From the NCBI GenBank assembly GCA_965113315.1, contig OZ220363.1: a stretch of 64,000 nt of DNA, one strand, 5' to 3'. Position 1 is the first letter of the stretch. The number at the start of each line of letters is the position of its first letter. This document shows, one piece after another, positions 39,351 to 51,919 of this stretch. The stretch comes from Podarcis vaucheri (taxonomy: Eukaryota). Both the position numbers and the translations under genes were made by a program. The notes beneath the pieces were generated by a model. That model made no database searches, was not told the origin of the DNA, and saw nothing but the letters and a program-made list of their open reading frames with translations.

Positions 39351-39886
39351 GGGAGATGTATGAATAAAGACATCTTTCCTAATGATGAGCCATGTGAGAA
39401 GAGGTCCTCTGTAAAAAATTATATAATAAAATTCCATAGGTGTACTCCCTTAAGTCAAGGGTGCTTTGCAGCTTGTGCACCTTTGTAAATAATTAGTGAC
39501 AACACTATATGATGGGAGTTGTAGCCCTGACAAACCTCTGCATTACACTTAGCTCTTGCTTCTCAGTGGGCTCCATCTTCCATCAAGCATCACAAACAGT
39601 ATTATGACTTGCAGAAGCCTAACTAGGTTTTCCTGCTGAGAAAATTTAAAATTGGTTTTCCAAGCTCAGGGTCAGGGGAAAAAGGGGGAATGAAGTTCAT
39701 ATGGTAATTGACACACACTGGAAGAATTGCAACGTGTTCATTGTTTGGTTAACAGCAGTGAAACAGCAACTTTCAAATTTCCTTCTATACTCTCTGTCTT
39801 TGCTATCTACTAACCAACCACTCTTTACACCGATATGTACTTCTACCTGCTAACCTAACACTGCCGCATTTTGAGGTCAGATGTAC

Positions 39887-40094
39887 CTTGCAATTTCCTG
39901 CGATGGAAGCGTGGAGATCCCAGGAAGCTGTTCTTGATCGAGTTGAGCCGTGTTCTCCAGGGCATTCCTCCAATGCTGGGGCTGGATGGTGGCGTAGGGT
40001 TGGGTGTGCCTGCTGGGCTCTCCTTTGGCGTATGGACAGGTGTCCCCTTGGGGGTAGGGAGGGGACTGCCCCTTGGAGAGGGGTGAGGGGTGAC
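39887..40094 (-). CDS. BRSK2: BRSK2 208-nt Pro-rich exon [11 protein letters not shown]...FHRRKLQ (canonical acceptor)
   Basis: catacag|GTCACC...TTGCAAG|gtacat, phase 0-1. The 69 codons are nearly identical to human BRSK2. Confidence 0.97.
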
Positions 40095-40499
40095 CTGTAT
40101 GATGGGGATAGATTTGGTGCTTGGGTCAGTACTAGAAGGGAGCAATCTAACAGGAGACATAGGGTTGGTTTGCACGGTAGGAACAGCCAGCTGTGGGCTA
40201 AACCCAGGAGCAGGTGGACGGCCCTGAGTGTTCTGTGCAGGAGAATTTGGGGAAGGAGGGACTGTAGCATTGCTAGAGGGCAGGGGATTGGATTTGGTAG
40301 ACTGGAGTGGTTTTTCAGCCAATCTGTTCTTGGATGGCAAAGTCTGTGTCTTTGGATTGGGTTGAAGTGCTGGCTTTGGCTGGAAAACATGTCCGGGCCT
40401 GGAAGCATTCCTACAAGCATCGGAGTCCAGGGAGACTTGGGGGCGGGGGGTGAAAGGGAGGTCAGGAGTCTGAGGGGGGATGAAAAATTTTCTGATAGG
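40095..40499 (-). CDS. BRSK2: Putative 405-nt in-frame 5' extension of the Pro-rich exon ([15 protein letters not shown]...SIPIIQ)
   Basis: Acceptor ctttctctgtgtgtatcttgtag|CCTATC, then 135 stop-free codons in phase 0, contiguous with VTPHPSP. Confidence 0.75.
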
Positions 40500-42096
40500 C
40501 TACAAGATACACACAGAGAAAGTACCCATGCATTTCAAGAAAAGCAAAACGCACACGCACATACGCACAAAGTGGGTGAATAGAGAAACAAAGCCCATTT
40601 GAGTTGCGGTTGTGAGCCACATCACAAGGAGATCAGAGTTATGGAGGTGAGGGTGAAGGAGGTGGGGGGTTAGGGAATTGCAAAGAAACAAAAAACAAAC
40701 ACAAACAAAAAACAAAAAGACATGCAGTTAGCTGGGAACACAGCATAGTCAACAACAGCAGCAGTGGCGGTAGTGAAAACAACAGTTTTGTCACAAGCTT
40801 CATCATATTAACCAACCATGTGTCAGCAAATAAAAAAACCACAGAGCAAAAACTAACATGAAGGAAAAGAAAATAAGAAACTAAAAGGGTGGGCGAGGGA
40901 GGGGAAGCAGCAAGAGAGAGAGAGCGAGAGAGAGCGAGAGAGAAAAGGCCGTACCCCTGAGCTGTTCTGACTGTCTCACAGATAGAGAGAGAGAGAAGAA
41001 CAGGGCTGAAGGGAGGTGGGGAAGGGGAAGAAAGCATCATTCAAGCCACAGGGGAACCTGACATGTAAGCATGTAAGGCTGAGTGTGCCCTCTCTCCCAG
41101 CTCAAAACGTCTACCACAATCAAAAACAGCAAGGAAATGCAGATCAAAATAACATGTGTGCAGCAGGTAATGATAGAAACACACAGATTACTACACACAT
41201 CGACTCTCCTCAGTCAAAGCACCACAAGTTTCAATAACATGGAGAGAGTTTGTGAGTGAGGCTGAGGAGGGGGAAAGCCTCTATCATTTCATCACCATTC
41301 CTTTCCTGACCTTCCACCCAGAGGGACCCAGTTTTCTCTGGCAGGCTTTACTATATGAAATCTTAGCAGCTCGTGGAACCATGGGCCAGTTTGGGCTTCA
41401 AATTTTAAGAGACCGTGGAACTACGGCCACTTTAGGGTTTAAGTAAAATACCCCAAGGGTCACCAAAGAAGGTTTGCTTTCTAAGTGCCCCTTTTACATC
41501 TAAGTCCTCCTGCCATCAGACAGTCTTATAGTTTTAAAAAACAAAAGAAAGAAACATTCCTCAGTTTTTATGACACAGTACCAGAATTCCATTCTGTGGC
41601 TGATCATTGTGTTTTATGCAGTAAAACAACCCCCCAAAACACACAATTCATAATCAGCCATAAATGAAGTCAGAAAAGGGGATTATGTTGTTTTGTAAAA
41701 CAACAACAAAACTTAACTAGCAAGTGTTAGATTCAAGAACAGTCCAAGAAAAAATAGGAATTCAATACACTCAGGGAACAAAACGCAAAAAAAGAATACT
41801 GTTAGAATAAAAGTGTTTTTTTTAAAAAAGCAGAACATATTCCTTTCATAGAGCATGGATTAGGAAAAAAGTAACAATTAAATTGTAGTTACTCTTCATT
41901 TGTGAATGAGTTCAAGCCCATTAGAAGAATCACAAATATGTAACAATGTATTGCCCTGCAGTTTGGGCAATTAATTTATATAAGAAGTGAAAACTGCATA
42001 AAACTGTGATAATGGCATATAACTGTATGTAAGAACAGAAGCTGAATTGACTGAGAACAGCAGAAGTGTAAATGAACTGGTTCCCTGCCTGCATCA

Positions 42097-42132
<36 letters not shown>

Positions 42133-42993
42133 TCTGCGTAACTCTTTGTGTAACAGAGGGTGGGGGAACGTGTGCATGCCTGTAGGTGTAGTGAGGATAG
42201 ATGCTGTTTGTTTGTTTTTTGTATGGTGGTGAGTGTGCATGTGTGGAATGTATGTCTGTGGTGTGTGCATGTAGAAATATGTACTGGCCACACCCATTAT
42301 TGGCATGCACCCCTTAGAGAAGTACCTGACTTTCAGCACTACCTTTGAGCCAACATTATTTTAGCCACCTGTGAGTTAAAACATATATTTAGACAAGCTA
42401 CTGCCTGTTTTTTTTTTTAAAAAAAGAACCAATCAAGCTTTGACTTGCCAAGGACTAACAAAAAAGGGCCTGTTCAAGCAGACTCTCTAATATTGCACAA
42501 TTTCTTACTTCTTCGGAATGATTCTCTTTCTGCCCTTCAGATCCAAGCGACTTTCAGCTTCCTTACTGGAACATCCTAATCCAACTCTGTATGATTCTTG
42601 TTCAGACTAGAGTTCATTGTTTTTCCAGCTTTCTTCTGCTGTGCTATTCAGTCCCAAAGTAGCTCTAGCTGTTATGGTTCAGTGCCTCACCATGGGCTTG
42701 CAATAAGCAGCAGATGTTTCCTTCATCGTGTGATAAACTCTCTTAACAGGGTTATATACGTTGGCATCATGTTAGGCCACAATGATACTTTAGGTAGCAA
42801 CAATGCCAGAAGCACAGGCAGCCCTGCAGAAGGACCCTATCCCAACATTCACAAACAGCAAGCTGTGCTTTATAGCTGCCCCACATCCCTAGCTAACAAA
42901 ACCACCCTTCAAAATGGGGAAAGAGATATTAGATGTCACTGAGCTCACATGAGAGAGCAGTTATAAACCATGACCCCAAATAATCCCACTTAC

Positions 42994-43054
42994 CCTTGGA
43001 CTGCTGAGTGGGCTGGTCGACAGGCCAGAGGAAGCTCCACTGATTGAGCGAGAC
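42994..43054 (-). CDS. BRSK2: BRSK2 61-nt exon (R)SRSISGASSGLSTSPLSSPR
   Basis: tactcag|GTCTCGC...CCAAGG|gtaagt, phase 2-0. Identical to the recalled human peptide. Confidence 0.97.
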
Positions 43055-46000
43055 CTGAGTAAACACAACAGGAAGACAAGGCCCTGAGAAACCCCTGTCA
43101 AAAGACACACCACCCTGCTGTGCCAGCCACCACCATATTAAACCTCTGCATTAAGTTGTGGCTCACATTTCTAACAAGAAACTGCATATATAGCTGACAT
43201 TTGTTTTCAAAGGGCAGATGTACATGAAGATGCCCATCCCTTTGTTCATCAGTCTTACATTTTACAATAATATTTTTTTCTGTGTGCATCTGGAAATACC
43301 TCCCTTATAAGATCCCCATCCTATCCCCCATGATCTCACTCTGAAGGAGCTTTGATCTCCATTGTAAAGATCAGGTAAAAAGAGAAATGTCTGGCAAGGA
43401 AAGAAATAGACTGCACTGCTGCAGCCGTTTTTACCATGGCAGACCAACAAGTATATAAATCACCTATTCTCCTGCTGGTTGAGAACACCATCATTTTGAA
43501 ATCAGATGGATCTTTCTTAACCTTCCATTTAGGAAATATTTTTTCCCCACTGACTAGCAAGGTATTTCATATGAAATCATTGGCCCATATGTTTACAGGC
43601 ACAATACTACTTCCAAAGGCCTCAGCCCCTCGCTATCACCATTCATCAAAATGATTATGCATAGATAAGTGGCTCAGAAACAGCATGGAATTCACATGGC
43701 CGAATACAGAAGCAAAGGAGCTCCTTGTCAATCCCAGTTATCAATGCTAACACACATTACCAAAGATATTTTCACGTCTCCGGTTACGTCTAATGTCTGA
43801 GAGAAACCTACATTGGCTATAAATAATGCACATTCAAATTTTCCTCCTCTTTCATTTCCACATCAGCACCATTGATCCATAGCACAAATCAAAAGCATGT
43901 TCAACAGCCCCATATGTGAAAAATGTTAAAGAAATTGCCAGCTTATGTTGGCATTTCTTGAAATCTTTGACTTGACCTTCCTCATCTCTGCTGGAACCAT
44001 GGTCTTTAAAAAGGATGATACAACAATGGAAGCAAACCCAGTCAACAAGATAATATGCAATATATCACTTGGTCCTAATCTGTATGTCACTATATTGCAA
44101 CCTTACGGTGGGGAGACTGCTTTCAGTAAATCAAATTAACGAATGTATAGATTTCTCAAAGAGAACATTTTGATTCCGCTCATACAACTAGATCTATGAC
44201 ATGCAAGTTATAAGGTAAGAGATATATAATGGATGTATATAATGTACATCTGTATAGCTCATCAACAGGAAAACCTGGCTCGGAAAGAGCTTTTAAGCTC
44301 TCCACCCTGTGTGTGCTTAATGTGTATGATTTAAGCTGCTGGCTGGCAAGCACATAAGACTGAAATTGTGCAAGTTAAATGTGTGCAAGTTGCAAGTTGC
44401 CCATACATACATATATAACTAACATCAGATAGCAGGTCTACCATTTCTCATAAATCTGGTGACTGAGAAACAGGGGCACTGGGTCTACCAAGCTGAGTAG
44501 TCCTAGCCTCTACCCCGCTGTTGCATCTCAATGGGCAGATTTGCTAGCCATCAAAAGGTACACCTGGGGTCCAGATGACATCTTCTCACCCTTGACTGAA
44601 ACCTTGTTCTTTCCCTGGCCTTTAATTAACTGCTGAAACTCTCCATTCTTGCCTTTTGTTGCTACAATCAATTTCACAGCTCCCTTGCATCTCCCTAAAA
44701 AAGATAACATGCCAGGAGACTAGTTAACTGCACTGAACAGTTGTTACTTGTCACCCCAACGCCCCCTTTCCCCCTGTTATAACAACACTGAGCTAAGCCA
44801 TGTCCTCTCTGCCAGTCCCTTCCTCCCACCTGCAATACAGGTTTAATATGGATGGACTTTATCTGTACTGGCAGGGTTATTAAAAAATGTGTACAGCCCT
44901 GGGTATGCGTGGGTTACATTTTAGGGTATGAAATAAGTCCCTAGTTAGAAAGATGCTACCTTTTGGCGGGGTAGACACACTACTGTCCAGATAAAAGTGA
45001 ATCAGGAAGTTGCTCCTACAACCAGTAGGTGTGTCATCCTAGCCTTCCTTTTGTCTAATTGGCTAGCTCTGCTGTCCTAAATGAACCATGACTTTATTTG
45101 TTAATGAACAACCCTATAAAGCAGGAGCTGGCTTGCTTTGTAAACGGGCAGAATTGGTGCCGACACATTTTGCTTCCTGTCTCAGGTTCTACAACAGCTA
45201 GAGAAGGATTTGGTTTTTTAAAAACAAACAAATCCAAAAGCTGATAATCTGAGAGATATGGTTCAGCCCTCTGACACCTATGACGGGAGGCAGCAAATGT
45301 CAGCCCACTAGCTGTCTTTTCCTCATTGCCATGGCAGCAGGGATGCCTTCCTGAATTATCATGAGAACAAGGATCACGCACAGCTTAGGGGGCACTTTTA
45401 GAAGACTGGCCAAGAATGATCCTCCCTTGGGTTCCAGAGGGAGTGCTGTAGATGTCCCCTCTCTTTGAAACCCTTCTTCTCAAGGCTGCTTATTTGTTGA
45501 AAGACCCTGAGGCCTGCATGCCTCACTCCACCAATGTGGGAGATAGTGCGGATCAGCATGAGAAAGAATGAAACAAAGGCACATAGGGCAGAGAGAGATA
45601 GAGATACATAGTGAGGGGAGAGTTATATGCTATGCTATTTATCAGCCAGGAAATTGGCTGTAGGCCTTTAGTGAATAAACTACAGTTTTATTAATCTAGT
45701 TTTAAAGCTTGCAGCTATAATGAAAATGTTACACTTAAATACGTCAAAGCTTGTTTATAAAGAATAACCTCCAAACTGAACCTAGAAGCATCCTTGTAGC
45801 TCAATGCCTTCAAGGAAATGAAAATAAGAAGTGGGGTTTTGTAGGTCTTACACTCCTGTCAGTATCACCTTTGCAGGTTAAGAAAACAGAGCACCCCAGC
45901 CACATTATTTAAAATTTCTGAAGGAAGGTTCTTTGGTGCTGTTCTTCACCCGTCAGCCATCAGCAAAGAAACCAGGGGTCAGCTCCTTCTCATGAAACTG

Positions 46001-46796
46001 GCCCAGAGCACTGAGAATTCAGACTCAAGCAAAGACAGAGATCGTGCACTGGGTAGCAATATGGATTCTCCTTTTGGGGGAGCTCCATAGACATTATCAC
46101 CAGTATGAGTAACCCGAGTAGTCACACTGGGAGGACAAAAATAAGGAATTGTGACACCTTACTTTGCTGAAAGGGTTTTTTTAATCTATGGATCTGAAAG
46201 ACAATTATTTAACAGGAAACATCCATTTGCATATAATCTTCACATAATCTCTGGAGGAATTAAGGTGAGTCTTGTCTCTCATTATTCTGGTCTGGTAAAT
46301 TTCTAACGGTTGGTCATACTTTGAGCAGGTATCTTCTTTTGAGGGTTGAACATATTTTAGACACTCCTCTCCACCCCTAACGAGTGACACAGTGTGTTGT
46401 GAACATTTTATTACCATGAGTTTGTAAGAGCAGTATTGCTGAGAAATGCTAGAAGGTCATCAAGGCAATGATGAGGCAATCCTGGCTCCATCTGTAAGCC
46501 AAAGAAGGAGCAGCTGCAAGAAGTTTGTCCTTCCCCCTCCCATGCCCCCCTCCCATGAATGAACAGCCTGCTCCCACTGCCAGGAACTCGGGGCTGCAGA
46601 ATCGAAAAGAGCCACTCTCTGCCCTCTTCCAATAGTCAAGGCAATCCTTGCCTCCCAGGAAGACCGTACAGGCAGGGAAGAGATCAGCCTGACCCCATAC
46701 ATTGGCCAATGAAAGATCAGCTGCTTTCTTCTTTCCTTCCCATCTCTTTTTTCTTTTATATTATGTCTATATGATTGAAATCTGTGGACAGGGACT

Positions 46797-47053
46797 AGAA
46801 GAAGAAGAAGAGAAGAGTTTGGATTTGATATCCCGCCTTTCACTCCCCTTCAGGAGTCTCAAAGCGGCTAACATTCTCCTTTCCCTTCCTCCCCCACAAC
46901 AAACACTCTGTGAGGTGAGTGGGGCTGAGAGACTTCAGGAAGTGTGACTGGCCCAAGGTCACCCAGCAGCTGCATGTGGAGGAGCGGAGACACGAACCCG
47001 GTTTCCCAGATTACGTGACTACCGTTCTTAACCACTACACCACACTGGCTCTC
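46797..47053 (-). mobile_element. tRNA-derived SINE (Squam3-like), full length, (CTT)n tail
   Basis: Reverse complement of the family at 37059. The tail is seen as gaagaagaag. Confidence 0.88.
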
Positions 47054-50000
47054 TACACGATCTTTTATTAAATTTCAGGCCCTAAACAACAGCAATAACA
47101 ATAACAGCAGCAACAACAACTCTGAATGTATGTCTGTTAGAAATTATACCAGAATATCTGAAACATGTTTGATCCTTATCCTGCTTCAAAGTAAAACTAT
47201 TTTAGAAACTGGAAACATTTTTCACACCTGTAAAGGGAAAGGCTGTAGAAAGACCATGAATCCTGGTATGTAAACAGACATGTGACACGCAACAGTTCCA
47301 CACGTCTGCTCCTTAAGGTGGAATGGAAATGTCAACACCTCTTCATCAGCCTGCCACATTCCTGTGTCTCACAGTTCCCCTTATGATAGGCAGTTTGTTT
47401 TGTTAACTGGGCAACCAAATCTCTTCTGATGTGATTGATTTTTTAAAAAAATGCTTTAAATGATCTAACTGCCCCGAAGTGATTATTTCTCAGGATTCAA
47501 AACAAACAAACAAAAACCTGTAAGTTCCTCCCCCCCCCACAAAAATAAAACAAAAATAGCAAACTGGGCAAATATGACCTTCAGGGTTTATTTTGCTTAA
47601 GAAAGTGGATGGTTGGGATCTTTCTGCTTCTATAATCTGCTGTTCCCCAGGAAAGCAACACAACATGTCAGAAGCATGAGTACTAATTCAACAGTAATAA
47701 TAATAATAATAAAAGGACGGATATGAGAGAGAAAGAGAGGTGTGTCTGGTGTCTTTCGCCCCCAGGCAGGGCTCTTGTGCCTTTGACACAGCTTAATAAA
47801 TAGAAATTCAACAGGAAAAGCATTGCCTATTTTGTATCTCCATGCCAGAAAAAATAGCACCTGACAAATTTATGCTGCTACTTTTTGTTGTTCTTGCATT
47901 TGTTAGATGCAGAAAGGCCATGCCACAGCAGATTGCAGAAATTCTACTCAGGAATGTGAGTAGGTTATACTTGTGGATGTAGCATGAAGATAGGGTTTGA
48001 GAATTCTACAGAGTCAGGAGGTTCCATTCAGACTGGGGGCCCTTTCATGTACATTTTTAACAGCACCTCTGGGCTCTTTTAAAATTCTGAAAGTTGCCTG
48101 CTCAGTTTCATCACAGGGGATCAGTAGTCATGTTCCAAGTTGTGGAAAAATGTAAAATGCTAGTAGTTTTCAGCAGGAGGAGAGAAGGGTGTCAACATTC
48201 ATGCCTTCTAGTGTTTGTTTAAGTAGAGGCTGGTGAGAGAGTGACTCAGATAAGAGAATGGGACTCTATATATTTCACTACAGGACCCTCTTTAGGGATG
48301 TTTCACGTTCTAAAATTTTGCATGTGCACACGCATACATACACACATACGATATTCATGCCAGTGGGGCTTTTGTCATTTGGTACAGCGCTCCTTTTCTT
48401 CAGAAGGTGCTTATATATTGGAAGCAGAGTCAGGATGATTAGACAATGCATCCACAGAGACATATTGGTTTTGCTGTCACTTTGACTAAATAGGTGACAG
48501 AAAATTCACCGCCATGGAATCCTGAAGCCAACTGAGCAGACCAAACACCTGCTCTGAAACTGCAGCAGCTCCTTCTGACTATCAAGTTTCACATTTCACC
48601 TGTATCAGCCATCATTTAAGCACATCCCACACCATGAAGACAATAAGGAGCTGCACAAGAACTGGGGCCAGTTTGTTGATTAAATAATTTTATATCCCTC
48701 CCTTCTTCCCAATACGGTGCACAGGGCAGCTTACAACAACCATGTAGGCCATTCTGAGGCTGCAGTACCTTTTACCCAACCACAAAGGATGGCGGCACTT
48801 GGAAAAAAACAACCCTGTGTGTAAGTTCAATATAGCCTAATGGAGATGAGAAGGAACTGTTACCATTGTGGTTGGCCTGATGCGGACTTTTCTGCCCAGC
48901 TGCTTGTTATGTAAGTGTGAGCCCTGGACATAGCAGCAAGAGATGGAGGCAGTTGGCTCCACTCCCTGCTGGCTCCCCTTGAGTCTCCGTTGATAGAGCA
49001 CAGAAAGCAGGATGGCCCAGCACTGTGACCATGGCTATAAAGGTCTTGCTTTGCAGTTCAACTGCCAGGGGGCTTTTCTTCATTAGACATTATGCACAAA
49101 GCCATCCAAAGTCATATAAATATGAATTCATACCACAGGGAGGCTCCCCCATAAAATTTTGTGGCTTGACAACAGGTTTCGGGGGGACCCGTGGTCCTCC
49201 AGATGCTACTGGATTACAAATACCATCTGTCACACCCACCCCCATACACCCACCCACCCACCCCATCCTACACGGCATACGTTACATTTTAGGCTATGCC
49301 CTCAGTGTAAGGATGAGGTAGTTTTGTTAGTGGGCCAAGCAAGACATTTAAAAATAAAATAAAATGTAAAAGCAGCCGGGGGGGGGATAACTCTTCCCTC
49401 CTGCACTATTATCCTGGTCTACGTTGCCCCCTCCAAAGATGCTATATGTTCTTTGAGGGGGGAATATAGGTTCCAATATAGTATTTGTAAGTGTCCCCCC
49501 CACCCCCCGGACGAATAGCAGCTGGAAGGATTTTAGCTGGGAAGATGATAGGAAGAAAAAAGTTTAACTGCTCTTCCCCACCACAGTGACCTTGATTCAG
49601 TTCAGCTCCCTTCCCCAAGCTGGTTTTAATATTTACCTTTTCAAAAACAAATGTAAAAGAAAAAAAATTATAGGAAATCTGATCACAGTTGCCAAGATGT
49701 CATATTGAGATTTGCCCTCACTATGTACTAGGCCTCTAAGATGCATGTGAAGTCAGAGCAAGCGCTTTCTCCCCCTCACTAACACACACACAAACATTGT
49801 TGTATAATTTTTCCCCTCCTGTTCGTTTCCCCCCCTGTAACACAGTTTCATGATAAATAATATTTATACTGTGATCATTAAAAGAAACTTCTCTACCCAG
49901 AAGAAAACAACAGGTCCCACAACAGGTATAATCCAAAACTGGAGCTTACCCCAATGCGTCAGCACTTGTCATCCTTGGCAGTGGGGAATAAATAGAGGAG

Positions 50001-50850
50001 AAGGAGAGAGGAAGAAAGGGACGTGGAAGCAGGTGGAGAAAAGAGTACGAAAAGCAGAGTGAAATACTGTTCGGAGAACTACATGGTCATAATTATTGCC
50101 ACAGGCATCTGCTGCTGATGGAAGCACCAGTGGGGAATTACGCATGGGAAGGGGGAGGTTTTCATTTCCTAAACAAATATTTCCATATAGCTCAAAATCA
50201 TAGAAGTAGTTTGCATCTGGGATTATGGGGGCAGACACATCAAGTGTAAACGTGAAAAATAAAACATTGCTTGCCCACCCTCATTAAGCCAGTCTGTGGA
50301 GTTAGCAGTCCAGATCTGATTTTCGGTTGTTCTTATTTATGGCAAATAATCAGATTGTGCACAGTGGGCCATACTGAAAAGGATGTGGATCTTCCTCCAT
50401 TTTGCTCAGGTAACATTCTCCTGCCCAGTGATGTCCAGCTAGGAATCTCCTTTTCCACTGTGTATATCTATACTTTATATGTAGTGTTAAATGCACTGAT
50501 AATTAAGACCAATATTTCTGAGTGGGTATGAGGCTCGGGTGAACAAAGCTACAAGTGAAGGATGTAACTCACTGGGAGTTTCTACTGGTCTGCTGAAATG
50601 TATAAAAACATATATGTATTGCCTTTCATGGCTGCCATTCATCTGAGTGAGACTCATGTAGAAATCCTGAGCAGGTTGTGTTCAAAGTTGCAACTCTACT
50701 TTAATTCTGGCTGAAAGGACCTTCAACTTTTTCCAAAATAGATAAAAATCTATTTTTATTAAATTAAAATTAAAACCAGGGGTTCTCTGCCTAAAAACAG
50801 TGGGAAATAATTGCACAATATAAAATAAATGCAGCCTTAAGCACAAGCTA

Positions 50851-51103
50851 CAGTGGTGCCTCGCAAGACGAAAAGAATTCGTTCCATGAGTCTTTTCGTC
50901 TTGCGATGCTTTTCGTCTTGCGAAGCACGGTCCGTCGCAACTGCGCCTCTTCAAGCGGCTTTAAAAAAGAAGCGCAAGACGTTTTCGTCTTGTGAAGCAA
51001 GCCCATAGGGAAATTCGTCCAGCGAAGCAACGCAAAAACGGAAAACCCTTTCGTCTAGTGAGTTTTTCGTCTTGCGAGGCATTCGTCTTGCGGGGCACCA
51101 CTG
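50851..51103. mobile_element. Tigger/pogo-like MITE, same family as 3266-3812, short variant
   Basis: TA flanks. TIRs cagtggtgcctcgcaagacgaa / ttcgtcttgcggggcaccactg. Shared right arm (aagcaagcccatagggaaat..gtc). Confidence 0.9.
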
Positions 51104-51919
51104 TATTAAAGAGATGTTAACTGTTTCTCTGTCCTACTACAAATTATAACACTGCTAAGTTACATTTCTACCCTGGTTTTCATTTTAATGTTGCTCAAGT
51201 CACATCACACTTGTGATGGGCAAGCAGAAATCTGTAGATGTATTGTGGAATAAACTTGCATGATTATTATTCATTCCCCCCCCCCAATATCCCAATTTTG
51301 TCTCCCTCTTCCCAACTTCTGTAGGGATGATTTTAAAAAGCTTTCATTTAAGTCTTAATCTTAATCTTAAACTTTTAAACCAGGTACTGTGCATCGTTGG
51401 TTGGTTACTTGCCTCACCAACCAAGTCATCTAACTTTCTCTAGGAGGCTGTCATAGAAACAAAAGAGCCTGTTGGTTAAGCCAATCTCAAACAACATGCT
51501 AATTTCCTATGGGAAACTTTAAAGGACTTGAGTGCAAAACACTAGATACACCAAAGAATGGCCTTTCCTCATGTTTCTGAAGTACTGTATATTTCACAAG
51601 TTTGCTCAGCATTGAGACTGTGCAACATGGAAGCTGTAAAGAAATACTATGTCTTAGGCAACAATTAAGTAATGTCCCTTCCAACTCCACAGTTCTACCT
51701 AATTGTATGATAACATGTTGATTGCCACAGGATATTCAAACTACTTCCTCTTTCTGCTTTAGGAGACTCATCTCCACAGCCGGCCTCTTCTGTTCTGGCA
51801 GTGGAAATTTACTGCCCTATCCTAACATGCACTATTGGGCCATAAGCTAGAAACAGCAGCTTAGAAGACACAGAGAAGGTGAAATTGCTCTCCCTCAAGC
51901 TGATCCCGTCTTCTGCTTC

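Noticed and set aside
39803-40583. Alternative-frame 205-aa and antisense 231-aa ORFs over the Pro-rich exon
   Set aside because: Expected shadows of C-rich, stop-poor coding sequence, with no independent support.
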